Both the position numbers and the translations under genes were made by a program. Below the pieces are notes generated by a model. That model made no database searches, was not told the DNA's origin, and saw only the letters and a program-made list of their open reading frames with translations. Of a stretch of 64,000 nucleotides of DNA, positions 42,151 to 51,758 are shown one piece after another; position 1 is the stretch's first letter, and every line of letters begins with the position of its first letter. This DNA comes from Minisyncoccia bacterium. GTDB lineage: Bacteria > Patescibacteriota > Minisyncoccia > Phycocordibacterales > CSBR16-119. Where the stretch lies: positions 8,911 through 72,910 of the forward strand of contig JBLHJW010000001.1 of NCBI GenBank assembly GCA_047619465.1, written 5' to 3'.

Positions 42151-42804
42151 ATGGAAAAATCACCTTACGAAAATTTAAATACTAGAGGGTCAGAATTAGA
42201 TAAGAGAGAAAAACCCAGAAGTTCAGAATTGGATCTAAGATCCCAGGAAGAAATCGATGAAACAGCACACCTAAATCCAAAAGAATGGAAAGACTCTGAA
42301 GGGGTTGTTGATACAGATGATTCCTTTGAGACTTTTGGTGAGTCAAAAGAAGAAGAGGAGGAGGACGATCTGGGAGGAATAGTTACTGAAGAAGAAGTCG
42401 GTAATGTGGAAGCAGAAGATATAAGAATTAAAAGAGAGGCGGACCTAGATAGAATGGAAAAGAAGGCGGCGTTAGAGATTACTGATATAGACAGAGAAGC
42501 TACTCTAATGAAAGAGCTCCAGCAAGATCACCCGGAAAGAGACGAAGAGCCCTTCCGACAAAGCATGACAGGTCACATTCTTGGTTCGGAAAAAATTGAC
42601 AGAAGGGAGATCAAGGATTTTAAAAAGAGACAGACTAACTGGGATAATCAAAAGACAGAAAAAAAGAAAGATTATTATCGTGCAGATAATCCAGAGAAAG
42701 TGGCAGCTAAAAAAGATGCAAAAAAAGGAAACAAAAAAGGATTCTTTGGAAAAGTTCTCAACATGTTTAAAAGTGACGATAGCGACCAAAACAAAGCAGC
42801 ATAA
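42151..42804 (+). CDS. hypothetical highly charged, probably disordered protein
   Basis: 217-aa ORF co-oriented with recA and followed by a terminator at 42806-42837. Confidence 0.7.
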   Translation: MEKSPYENLNTRGSELDKREKPRSSELDLRSQEEIDETAHLNPKEWKDSEGVVDTDDSFETFGESKEEEEEDDLGGIVTEEEVGNVEAEDIRIKREADLDRMEKKAALEITDIDREATLMKELQQDHPERDEEPFRQSMTGHILGSEKIDRREIKDFKKRQTNWDNQKTEKKKDYYRADNPEKVAAKKDAKKGNKKGFFGKVLNMFKSDDSDQNKAA

Positions 42805-42841
42805 ACAAAAAAGCCTTGGCAAACGCCAAGGCTTTTTAATA

Positions 42842-43381
42842 TCAAGGATATATTGTCTTTACAAATGAATCCTGGAAATAAACGTCTTCCGTAGGTTGAT
42901 AGTGAATATTGTCTATAGGACAAGATCTCTGACAACTCAGTCCTTCTAAGGAGCATGGGACAAAACCTCTTCCCACAAACCCAGGAAAGGGATCAGTTAA
43001 ATCCTCTACCACAGGTCTGACAACAGACCTTGGACAAACACTTGTTTTTTTTATTGACCTTCGAGGGTTATTTGGTGTTATGTAACCTGCTGCCCCCTTA
43101 CTAAAGCCAGGGCAATGCTTGTTGAGATAATCTTCTATTTCTCGTTCTTCTAAATTTACTTTTATGTACACAGTTCTTTCGAAGATCGGGAAATCGTTAA
43201 CCCAATCCATATCTACTTTCTGCCCTTTGCTATAGTAAATATTAACCATAACTCCTTTAACTTCTGTTGTTAAGACATTACTGCTGTCCATGTTCCAGGG
43301 TGGAGGCATATTCATCATATATGTTTGACATCTTTCAACCAAACAAATTTTATAAAGACTCTTTATTATTCCATTTTCCAT
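42842..43381 (-). CDS. hypothetical protein
   Basis: 179-aa ORF filling the gap between a terminator and efp; no recognised motif; start uncertain. Confidence 0.5.
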   Translation of the reverse strand: MENGIIKSLYKICLVERCQTYMMNMPPPWNMDSSNVLTTEVKGVMVNIYYSKGQKVDMDWVNDFPIFERTVYIKVNLEEREIEDYLNKHCPGFSKGAAGYITPNNPRRSIKKTSVCPRSVVRPVVEDLTDPFPGFVGRGFVPCSLEGLSCQRSCPIDNIHYQPTEDVYFQDSFVKTIYP

Positions 43382-43461
43382 TTAATCTGCTTAAGTACCG
43401 CTTTTCCATAAGACTAATAAAAAGTTGCTCATAAGTCAATTTTGTTTATAATGGAACCATT

Positions 43462-44040
43462 ATGCTGAGTTACAATGAGATAAAAGAGCGAAGGATTATT
43501 ATTCACAACGGAGAGCCCTGCGAGGTTCTTTCATCACATGTGTTCCGTAAACAGGCTCGTAAGCCAGTGAATCAGACCAAGCTGAAGAACCTGGTATCAG
43601 GAAAAGTTGTTGAACACTCTTTCCACACGTCAGACAAGGCAGAGGAAGCAGATGTGACAAAGAAAGATGTTATTTTTATCTACGAAGCTAAAGGTGAGTA
43701 CTGGTTCCACCCAGAAGGAGATAAAACCGGTAGATTTGCAATAGATGCGAGAACAATTGGAGACGACACTATCAAGTTTCTAAAGGCAAACTCCCCTGCC
43801 AAGATGCTTATATTTGAATACAAAGATGAAGAGCGTATCATCGGAGTCAAACTCCCAATGAAAATGACTTTCAAAGTCAAAGATGCTCCCCCAGGAATCA
43901 AAGGAAATACCGCTACAGGAGGAGACAAAGTCGTCACACTAGAAAATGGCACAAAAATCACAACACCACTCTTCATAGAAGTCGGACAGGAGATTATAGT
44001 AAACACAGAGAAAGCAGAGTATGTAGAAAGAGCTAAATAA
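43462..44040 (+). CDS. efp: elongation factor P
   Basis: TKLKNLVSG, APPGIKGNTATGGDK, LENG, PLFIEVG, EYVER. Confidence 0.93.
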   Translation: MLSYNEIKERRIIIHNGEPCEVLSSHVFRKQARKPVNQTKLKNLVSGKVVEHSFHTSDKAEEADVTKKDVIFIYEAKGEYWFHPEGDKTGRFAIDARTIGDDTIKFLKANSPAKMLIFEYKDEERIIGVKLPMKMTFKVKDAPPGIKGNTATGGDKVVTLENGTKITTPLFIEVGQEIIVNTEKAEYVERAK

Positions 44041-44084
44041 AAAAACGCCTTACGGCGATTTTTTATTTACCTTCTCAGCGTTTT

Positions 44085-44285
44085 CTACTCAGCGACGTAT
44101 GCCATAAGTGACATAAATCGTGCGTGCTTGATGGCTTCTGCCACCCTTCGCTGATTCTTTGCAGTCAGTCCTGTTCTTCGTCGGCTCATGATTCGTCCGG
44201 AAGGATTGATGAACTTTCCTAGTATATCGATATCTCGAAAGTCGATATGTGGAATATTGTTTTGTGTGTAGTAATCTTGTTTCAT
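44085..44285 (-). CDS. rpsR: 30S ribosomal protein S18
   Basis: IDFRD..L.KFI...GRI.SRRRTG..AK.QR..A.AIK.AR. Confidence 0.95.
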   Translation of the reverse strand: MKQDYYTQNNIPHIDFRDIDILGKFINPSGRIMSRRRTGLTAKNQRRVAEAIKHARFMSLMAYVAE

Positions 44286-44462
44286 ATTTTTATCTTTTTA
44301 CAATTTTAAATAATTTATCTTTTTACAGATTAGAATATCTAGTTTTTTAAAATTACTTTAGATTTTTATTTTCTAACCGAGAAATATCTTGAAGCGGGAG
44401 AGATACTCCAGCGAAAGATTTTTGAGGGAGAGCAAATAAAAAGATGAAATGATTTTAGAAAA

Positions 44463-44915
44463 CTAGAATGGGATGTCGTCAGGGTTGATGTCTACATCAG
44501 GATATTCTACTTCTGGAGCTGGTTGCTCCTTATTTGCAGAGTCTGCCTGTGGTGCACTACTTGCCCCACCGCCATATGAAGCTCCATCACCTTTTGAACC
44601 AAACTGAATATTATCTGCAACAATTTCTGTTCGATAGTTTTTCTTGCCATCTTGACCATCCCAAGACCGAGTTTGAATTCTACCTTCAATAAGAAGCGAA
44701 CTTCCTTTCTTCATGTACTGAGAAACAGTCTCAGCTTGTCGTCCAAAGACAACAACGTTGTGGAACTGAACCTCTTCTTTCTTTTGCCCGTCTTGACCTT
44801 TCCAAGTTCGGTTTGTAGCTACACCAAATGATGCAACTTTGATTCCAGATGGAAGAGCTTTTAGTTCTGGATCCTTTGTTAGGTTCCCTATAATAATAGC
44901 TTTGTTTAGATACAT
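44463..44915 (-). CDS. ssb: single-stranded DNA-binding protein
   Basis: LNKAIIIGNLTKDPE, EGRIQTRSW, C-terminal DDIPF. Confidence 0.97.
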   Translation of the reverse strand: MYLNKAIIIGNLTKDPELKALPSGIKVASFGVATNRTWKGQDGQKKEEVQFHNVVVFGRQAETVSQYMKKGSSLLIEGRIQTRSWDGQDGKKNYRTEIVADNIQFGSKGDGASYGGGASSAPQADSANKEQPAPEVEYPDVDINPDDIPF

Positions 44916-44961
44916 AAATATATTTAATTTAAATTAATAACTTTAATACCTTTATTATACC

Positions 44962-45501
44962 TTAAACTTCTTCTGATGCAGTTTCTTGGTCTTTGCCATC
45001 CTCTTTGGCTTCACCTTCTACCTTATCTGCAGATTCATCGTCTAGCATCTTGTCTAACTGCTCATCAACCTTCTTTTCACTCATGTCTCCCTCAACAACA
45101 GGCTCTGGAGCTTTCTCAACTTTCCTAACAGGCGCTGCAACAATCTCCTTTCCTTGAAGAATTGCAAAAACGTCTTTAGAAATCATTGTGTTCTCCTTTA
45201 CTGTCTTCAGAGTCAAGTAACGCAAAAGCACCTTGATATTATCAAGTCCCTTTTTTACATCTTGAGCTTCAGACTGCTCTACATCGTACTTTACCCACCC
45301 AAAGTGAGCTGTCTCGTGAGTTTTATACTTGTTGTCCATTCGGTGACGAATAGAATATGCAAGATTAATAACTTGAGGATATTCTTCTGAAATAATTTCT
45401 CCACCTTTTGAAGTAATAACCTCCTTTAGCTTCCCTACTTGTGTTGCAAGCTCATCGCTAGCAAGAGTAGGTAGAAACGAAAATGATGTTTCGTAAATCA
45501 T
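44962..45501 (-). CDS. rpsF: 30S ribosomal protein S6 with an acidic C-terminal tail
   Basis: YET.F, LAYSI, LRYL; rpsF-ssb-rpsR synteny; start placed at MIYETSF. Confidence 0.88.
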   Translation of the reverse strand: MIYETSFSFLPTLASDELATQVGKLKEVITSKGGEIISEEYPQVINLAYSIRHRMDNKYKTHETAHFGWVKYDVEQSEAQDVKKGLDNIKVLLRYLTLKTVKENTMISKDVFAILQGKEIVAAPVRKVEKAPEPVVEGDMSEKKVDEQLDKMLDDESADKVEGEAKEDGKDQETASEEV

Positions 45502-45668
45502 ATATTTGTAATTTTTTAAAATCTTTGTAAATGTCTGTCTCGAACCAATGCGATACGCTATCAGTGCGCATCGAACAGACAAAAGAGATATTACCAGAGA
45601 GAGCTCTATATGTCAAAAGCCCTTTTCGGGGCTTTTGGTCTTTATTTATCTTTTAGATATAAAACTAT

Positions 45669-46709
45669 TTAATATAATGCTTCATATAATTGGGTAGCCC
45701 CAGTTACTGAAAAGCTAAACTCATCAACAACGATACCTCCTACAAATCCTCGAGCAAACAAGTTTGTAGCAAGAATAGGGTCTAGGTTTCCATAATCAAG
45801 TGACCAATTTTGTTGCCCATTTGGATCCATTGAACTAAGCGATGCCTCCCCCCAAAGAACGTAGTCATCTTCTGCCATCCCTGTTCCTGTTGGAATAGCC
45901 CAAATCTCAACCCTTTCAACCCCCCTACTTTGGACAATTATATTAGATTGGTCTTTTAATACATAAAAATTATCTAAATAAGCTTCCTCAACATTTGTTT
46001 CTGAGCCAGCTTCTGAAACCACGTCATTTTGAATTACTTCAGATTGTTCTTGTTCTAAATTATCTAGATCTTCTAACCCTTCTTCTTGCTCCAGATCTAT
46101 TGTATCCTCTGTTTCTGGATATTGTCGTGATCCATTACCATTTTGAAGTTCTTTAATTTTTGCTTCAAGATTAGAAAGCTTGTTTAAAAGAAATTGTATT
46201 TTTTCATCAATAGCGGATCTAACTTCCCCTTGTTTGTTTATAGCTCTTTGTATAGCTTCTTTGGCTTCTGGATTTTCTAATTTATCTTGCACAGCAGTAA
46301 GGACATTTGTTCTAGTGTCAGCTGTACTTGATATATTATCTAATATTTCTTCTTGTTTCTTGTCATCTTCTATTCTATCTGTAGAATTTGTAGCTTTAGT
46401 AGTATATTTGTCTGATTCATCAAAAAGCACACTCGCTTCATCAGTATCTCCTATTTCAAGCTTTTCTTTTGCTAATTCAAAATTTCTACTTGAAAAATCT
46501 TGTAATAGATCAATCTTGTTTACAGGTTTAAATGTAAAAAATAACCTTACTTTATCAAAAAATCCCACAGGCTTAATCTCTGTGTTTATACTATATTGAT
46601 ATGAAGCCGTGGCTTCTGTATCAGATGTTTGGGCAAATGATGATGCTCCAAAAAATAGGAAGGCTATAGCCCCTATTGTTACTAAACTTAATAATATTTT
46701 ATTTGTCAT
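45669..46709 (-). CDS. secreted hypothetical protein (DUF5667-like helical N-terminal region)
   Basis: Signal peptide, GFFDKVRLFFTF.P..K, coiled coil, acidic linker, beta C-terminus. Confidence 0.65.
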   Translation of the reverse strand: MTNKILLSLVTIGAIAFLFFGASSFAQTSDTEATASYQYSINTEIKPVGFFDKVRLFFTFKPVNKIDLLQDFSSRNFELAKEKLEIGDTDEASVLFDESDKYTTKATNSTDRIEDDKKQEEILDNISSTADTRTNVLTAVQDKLENPEAKEAIQRAINKQGEVRSAIDEKIQFLLNKLSNLEAKIKELQNGNGSRQYPETEDTIDLEQEEGLEDLDNLEQEQSEVIQNDVVSEAGSETNVEEAYLDNFYVLKDQSNIIVQSRGVERVEIWAIPTGTGMAEDDYVLWGEASLSSMDPNGQQNWSLDYGNLDPILATNLFARGFVGGIVVDEFSFSVTGATQLYEALY

Positions 46710-46808
46710 ATGATTTTGATCTGTTTTAGTAGAATTATTATTAATAAACGAGCCAGATATGATTCGTACGATATAAGACGTATATAGTATAATTATATTA
46801 CAGTAATA

Positions 46809-47603
46809 TTATATACCAAAAAGTCTTTTGGTGTTTTCCAAAAGCTGAACTCGTAGAGTCTCAACCTCTGACCCCCGCAGTACAGCGAGTTTTTCTACAA
46901 CAGATATTACATGCCATGGCTCTGCTCTCTTTCCTCGATATGGAACAGGTGCCACATATGGAGCGTCTGTCTCGGACAGCATTCGATCAAGAGGGATCCC
47001 TTTTACCACTTCATCGTAGTCATGAGTAAATGTAATAACTCCAGTAAATGATATATAGAAACCAAGATCTATAAATCTGTTGGCAATATCTAGATTCCCA
47101 GCGAAAAAGTGAGCATCTCCACGAAGCTGTTCTCCTGCAGAAGCCTTGTATTCAGTCAGTATTTTCAAGGTGTCTTCGTAGGCGTCAAATGAGTTTTTAG
47201 AAGGCCTTATGTGTAACATAAGTGGTTTATCATGTTTGATTGCAAACTCAATCTGAGCTCGAAATTGAGCCTCCTGTCGCTCTTTTTCACCCGTATCTGA
47301 GGCTGTTGTTCTAAAGTAGTCTAGACCGCACTCCCCCACACAAACGACCTTTTTCTCCTTCATGAATTTCTCATAGAATTCTGGATTAAACACCTCTCTA
47401 TCTGTCTCGGTTGGGTGAAGCCCAACAGCAGCGTATAGGTTTTCTGATAATCCAGCTATCTCAACAGCTTTAGCTGAGCTCTTCTCATCCACTCCAACAG
47501 TAATAGTTCCCACCTCTTTTTCCTCGAGTGCTGAAATAACCTGCGAATAGTCGTCGCTGAATTGAGCTAGATTTAAATGTGAATGGATATCAAAATATTT
47601 CAT
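46809..47603 (-). CDS. tatD: TatD family hydrolase
   Basis: FDIHSHL, GLHP, VGECGLDY, HFF, ETDAPY. Confidence 0.95.
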   Translation of the reverse strand: MKYFDIHSHLNLAQFSDDYSQVISALEEKEVGTITVGVDEKSSAKAVEIAGLSENLYAAVGLHPTETDREVFNPEFYEKFMKEKKVVCVGECGLDYFRTTASDTGEKERQEAQFRAQIEFAIKHDKPLMLHIRPSKNSFDAYEDTLKILTEYKASAGEQLRGDAHFFAGNLDIANRFIDLGFYISFTGVITFTHDYDEVVKGIPLDRMLSETDAPYVAPVPYRGKRAEPWHVISVVEKLAVLRGSEVETLRVQLLENTKRLFGI

Positions 47604-47652
47604 AAGGTAACTATACAAAATTAAAACAAAAATAAAAACCCTTTCGGGTCTT

Positions 47653-49140
47653 TTAATCCTTCCTGAGGAAAAGTGGTTCCTCTGGCATTTTTAATTCAAC
47701 AAGATGTTGCTGAATTTTCTCTGCGGTTTCTGGAAGGAACGGCTCAAGTAGAATAGCTACATACCACAGATTTAATAGTAGTTTTGCCAGGTCTTCTTTG
47801 GCCTCTTCTTCATTCACTTTAATTTTTTTGAAAGGTTGCTCCTTGGCTATGAACTCATCCATCTCCCCTATCTCTTTCCAAATGAAATCCAACGAAGAAT
47901 TATAATTATATGACTCCATGGAATCTCTATACTCTTTAAATCCATCTTCTACTTTAATCTCTTCTAGAGTTTCAGTTCTATCTGGGAAATCAAGAACAAC
48001 TCCGTAACTAGTTACCATTTTAAGTATGCGATTTACTAAGTTCCCAAGTCCGTTTGCTAGGTGGGCATTATAACTATTCTTAAATCGTTCATGAGTAAAA
48101 GGAGAGTCTTCAACTGAAGATATTTCTTTGAGTAAGAAGAATCGAAGTGCTTCTGTGCCATACTCATTAACAATATCCCGAGGGTCGACGACATTGCCTA
48201 GAGTTTTACTCATCTTTACGCCTCCAGCACCTGTAATATGGCCATTTACAATGATCTGGTGTGAATTTGGAAATCCTGCCGCCATAAGCATGGCCTGCCA
48301 AAGAGCTCCCTGCCATCTAGTGTTATCCTTACCACAGTACTGTGTAGGTGTACCCTCTATCCAAAATTTACCAAACATCTCTTGGTCGCCATTCCAGTCC
48401 TTTAGAGTATTAATATAATTTGTTAGAGCATCAAACCAGACATACATTACATGATCTGAGTCGCCAGGCACTTCTATACCCCAAGGCATTTTTGTCTTAA
48501 GTCTGGAAATAGAGATGTCTTGAAGACCCCTCTTCACAAACTCCTTCATTTCATTAAACCTAAAATCAGGAGTAATAAAATTAGGGTTTTTGGAATAAAA
48601 ATCTAAAAGCCTATCACCAAAAGCAGAGTACTTGAAAAAATAATTTTCTTCGTTTATGGACTCAAGGGATACGCCGTCATGGTAAGGACAGAACCCTTGT
48701 TCGTTTAATTCTGACTCTGTCTTATCACTCTCACAACCGACACAATATTTTGCTTCGTATTTATCTTTGTAAATATAACCATTATTGAAAACTAACTGCC
48801 AAAATTCTTGGGCAAGAGACTCATGAGTCTTGTCTGTTGTACGAATAAAATGAAGACCCTCTTCCTCACTCATTAAACCAAACATACCCAACTGTTCTTT
48901 AAAAATAGATAGGGATTCATCTACAAAAACCTGAGGATCTTTACCCATCTCCTTAGCTTTATTTAGTATCTTTATGCCGTGCTCATCAGTACCAGTATTA
49001 AAAAACACATCATACCCGGCAATCTTTTTTGATCGTGCCAAAACATCAGCACGGACAAATTCAAGAGCATGACCTATATGAAGAGGAGCATTCACGTATG
49101 GAAGAGTCGTTGTTATATAAAAATTTTTTTTCTCTGACAT
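47653..49140 (-). CDS. metG: methionine--tRNA ligase
   Basis: TTTLPYVN..LHIGH, TGTDEHG, YVWFDAL, KMSKT. Confidence 0.97.
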   Translation of the reverse strand: MSEKKNFYITTTLPYVNAPLHIGHALEFVRADVLARSKKIAGYDVFFNTGTDEHGIKILNKAKEMGKDPQVFVDESLSIFKEQLGMFGLMSEEEGLHFIRTTDKTHESLAQEFWQLVFNNGYIYKDKYEAKYCVGCESDKTESELNEQGFCPYHDGVSLESINEENYFFKYSAFGDRLLDFYSKNPNFITPDFRFNEMKEFVKRGLQDISISRLKTKMPWGIEVPGDSDHVMYVWFDALTNYINTLKDWNGDQEMFGKFWIEGTPTQYCGKDNTRWQGALWQAMLMAAGFPNSHQIIVNGHITGAGGVKMSKTLGNVVDPRDIVNEYGTEALRFFLLKEISSVEDSPFTHERFKNSYNAHLANGLGNLVNRILKMVTSYGVVLDFPDRTETLEEIKVEDGFKEYRDSMESYNYNSSLDFIWKEIGEMDEFIAKEQPFKKIKVNEEEAKEDLAKLLLNLWYVAILLEPFLPETAEKIQQHLVELKMPEEPLFLRKD

Positions 49141-49152
49141 ACAACAGTTTTA

Positions 49153-50253
49153 CTACGATGAGGCTTTCTTTGCAAGCTTGATAGCCTCTTTAGTTGTTTT
49201 AGCTACAACTTTATCTTTCTCTACATCACTTGCAAACTCCATCAAAACTACAGCCACTGGAATAGCCAAGATAAGACCCCAGAACCCTGCAAGCTGAACA
49301 CCTATAAGAACGGCTAGGATAACAACTAACGGAGATATCCCTGTTACCTTTTGAACAACCAGTGGTGCAATAAGGTAGTTTTCAAATTGTTGAACAATCA
49401 AGTAAAAACCAGCCACAAGGAATCCCATGGTTAAACCTCCGTCCAGATAACCGAAAGATATCGCTGGAATAGCGGCCAGAATAATACCAAAAGGGATCAG
49501 CTCCATGATACCTGCCACAAGCGCTAGCATCAGTGCGTATTTAACCCCTAGAATAGATAGACCTAAATATGTCAGAACTCCAATCAGAAGCCCAAGCACC
49601 AGCTGCCCTTGCATCCAGAGCGCTATTTTTTTCTGGGAACGATTCCATAGATCTATAGCGTAGTTCTCATGAGAAAGCGGAACAACTATTCGCAAGAAGT
49701 GAGCTATCCCTCCTTTTTCAATAGATAGATAAAAGGAAATAACAACGATTAGAATTAAGTTTGCAAGACCTCCAAAGATACCAGAAATTGCAGAGAAGAA
49801 ATTGGTTGAGACATTTTGAACAACACCTGAAGAGCTGCTAACCAATCCCCCAAGGTTACCGCTGCTTAAATTTGTAACACCCTGAGCAGCAGACAAAATA
49901 CTGTCTTTAAACCCATTCATAGTATCTGAGTCAGGGAGATATTCAGCAAGAATATTCACTACGTTTGCAGATTCAACAATAAGTATCGGAACAAACAAAT
50001 AAAATACTCCAGCAAGAACACCTATAGATAGGGCGTAGATAATAACAACAGAAAGTGTTCTACCGAGTTTGTATTTCTCTGATGCCGTAGCAGCTGAACC
50101 CACAAAAGAAGCTATAACAATAGAAGTCATAACAACCAAGACCAAATCTTTTAAAGCAAATACCGCCGCTACAACAGCAACCCAGATCAGAATTTTTAAG
50201 ATCGCAGATGTTGTAATATTTATTGAAATTGTGGAATTTTTTTTTGTTGCCAT
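49153..50253 (-). CDS. AI-2E (UPF0118) family transporter
   Basis: GQLVLGL, ELIPFG, QQFENYLIAP, GLILAIP. Confidence 0.9.
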   Translation of the reverse strand: MATKKNSTISINITTSAILKILIWVAVVAAVFALKDLVLVVMTSIVIASFVGSAATASEKYKLGRTLSVVIIYALSIGVLAGVFYLFVPILIVESANVVNILAEYLPDSDTMNGFKDSILSAAQGVTNLSSGNLGGLVSSSSGVVQNVSTNFFSAISGIFGGLANLILIVVISFYLSIEKGGIAHFLRIVVPLSHENYAIDLWNRSQKKIALWMQGQLVLGLLIGVLTYLGLSILGVKYALMLALVAGIMELIPFGIILAAIPAISFGYLDGGLTMGFLVAGFYLIVQQFENYLIAPLVVQKVTGISPLVVILAVLIGVQLAGFWGLILAIPVAVVLMEFASDVEKDKVVAKTTKEAIKLAKKASS

Positions 50254-50333
50254 AATATATAGAGAAAGTTGTTTATACAAAATATTGTAGCATGGTTTTA
50301 AATAAAAAATTCCACGAGAGTGGAATTTTTTAT

Positions 50334-51725
50334 TTATCTTTCCAATTTTTCTTTTAAATACCCTACAAGATCTTCTTCTTTTACTCGCTCCTGCTCTCCA
50401 GTATTTCGGTCTCGAATGGTTACCCCTTCTCCTTCGAGGGTGTCGTAATCTATAACGATTCCAAACGGTGTTCCTATTTCATCTTGTCGTCGATATCTTT
50501 TACCAACGTTTCCATTGTCATCCCAGACCACTCGTCCGAACTCAGATTTCAACTTTCCAAAAATACTCCGGGCTTTGTCTACAATTTCTGGCTTATTTTT
50601 CACAAGAGGCGAAACAGCGCAGAGTATTGGAGCAATAGAGGGTTTGAATTTCAAATAAACACGAGATGTCCCGTCTTCCATTTCTTCCTCTTCATAAGCA
50701 GATAATAACAACGCAAGAATTGTCCGATCCAACCCAAACGATGGCTCTATCACATGAGGGACAAAAGTCTCTCCTGTAGATGAGTCAGTGTATTGAAGTT
50801 TCTGTTTTGAGTGCTCTGCATGTTTTGTCAAATCAAAGTCTGTCCGGTAGGCCAACCCACAAAGCTCGCTTCGTCCAAAAGGAAAATCAAATTCCCAGTC
50901 CATTGTTCTTTTTGAATAGTGACTTCTAGCTTCTTTTGGGTGTTCATACTCATGCATTTTTGAGTCATCTAGGCCGATTTCTGTGAACCACTCCCTCTGC
51001 TCTTCCAGCCAGTATGTAAATTGTTTTTCCCAGTCTTCTTCTTTTATAAAATATTCAATCTCCATTTGCTCTAGCTCCCGAACCCTGAAAATAAAGTCTT
51101 TCGGAGTAATTTCATTTCGAAAAGCTTTTCCTATCTGCCCAATACCGAAAGGAATTTTTGGATTCATGGTATCGAGTACATTTTTGTAGTTTACAAAAAT
51201 ACCCTGAGCTGTTTCAGGTCGCAAGTAACTTACACTAGAGCTATCTTCTGATGCACCAAGGCTTGTTTTGAGCATCATATTGAACTGCTTAACATCTCCT
51301 AAGTCATTTCCATTTGGAGATTTCAATCCAAGCTCTTTTATTTTGTCTGTCATTTGTTGAGCGGTCATTCCTTCTGCTTCAGGTAGACCAGCTTCTTCTA
51401 GCAAATGGTCAGCGCGGTACCGCTTATTTGTTTTGGTGTCTTCTACCAGCATGTCATGGAACTCATCAACATGACCAGTTGCCTCCCAGACCTTCTGATT
51501 CATAAGAATTGCTGCATCTACTCCATACATATCTTCTCGGCTTTCTATAAATTTTTTCCACCAAGAGTCCTTAATGTGCTTCTTCAACTGTACACCAAGC
51601 GGACCAAAGTCATATGTTCCAGCAAGTCCACCATATATTTCAGACCCAGGGAAAATAAACCCTCTCCTTTTTGCCAGGCTGACTATTTTATGCATTAAAT
51701 CAATATTTTGGTCTTTTTTATCCAT
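50334..51725 (-). CDS. glyQS: glycine--tRNA ligase, homodimeric (eukaryote/archaea-like)
   Basis: EIYGGLAG.YDFGPLG, YLRPETAQG, GKAFRNEITP, VPHVIEPSFGLDR, RYRRQDEIGTP. Confidence 0.96.
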   Translation of the reverse strand: MDKKDQNIDLMHKIVSLAKRRGFIFPGSEIYGGLAGTYDFGPLGVQLKKHIKDSWWKKFIESREDMYGVDAAILMNQKVWEATGHVDEFHDMLVEDTKTNKRYRADHLLEEAGLPEAEGMTAQQMTDKIKELGLKSPNGNDLGDVKQFNMMLKTSLGASEDSSSVSYLRPETAQGIFVNYKNVLDTMNPKIPFGIGQIGKAFRNEITPKDFIFRVRELEQMEIEYFIKEEDWEKQFTYWLEEQREWFTEIGLDDSKMHEYEHPKEARSHYSKRTMDWEFDFPFGRSELCGLAYRTDFDLTKHAEHSKQKLQYTDSSTGETFVPHVIEPSFGLDRTILALLLSAYEEEEMEDGTSRVYLKFKPSIAPILCAVSPLVKNKPEIVDKARSIFGKLKSEFGRVVWDDNGNVGKRYRRQDEIGTPFGIVIDYDTLEGEGVTIRDRNTGEQERVKEEDLVGYLKEKLER

Positions 51726-51758
51726 AATCTCTATATTACTTTAGATAGAACAGACTGT

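Noticed and set aside
45531-45581. S6:S18 autoregulatory leader upstream of rpsF
   Set aside because: A hairpin is present (TGTCTG..CAGACA), but the conserved CCG-containing motif could not be identified, so it is not called.
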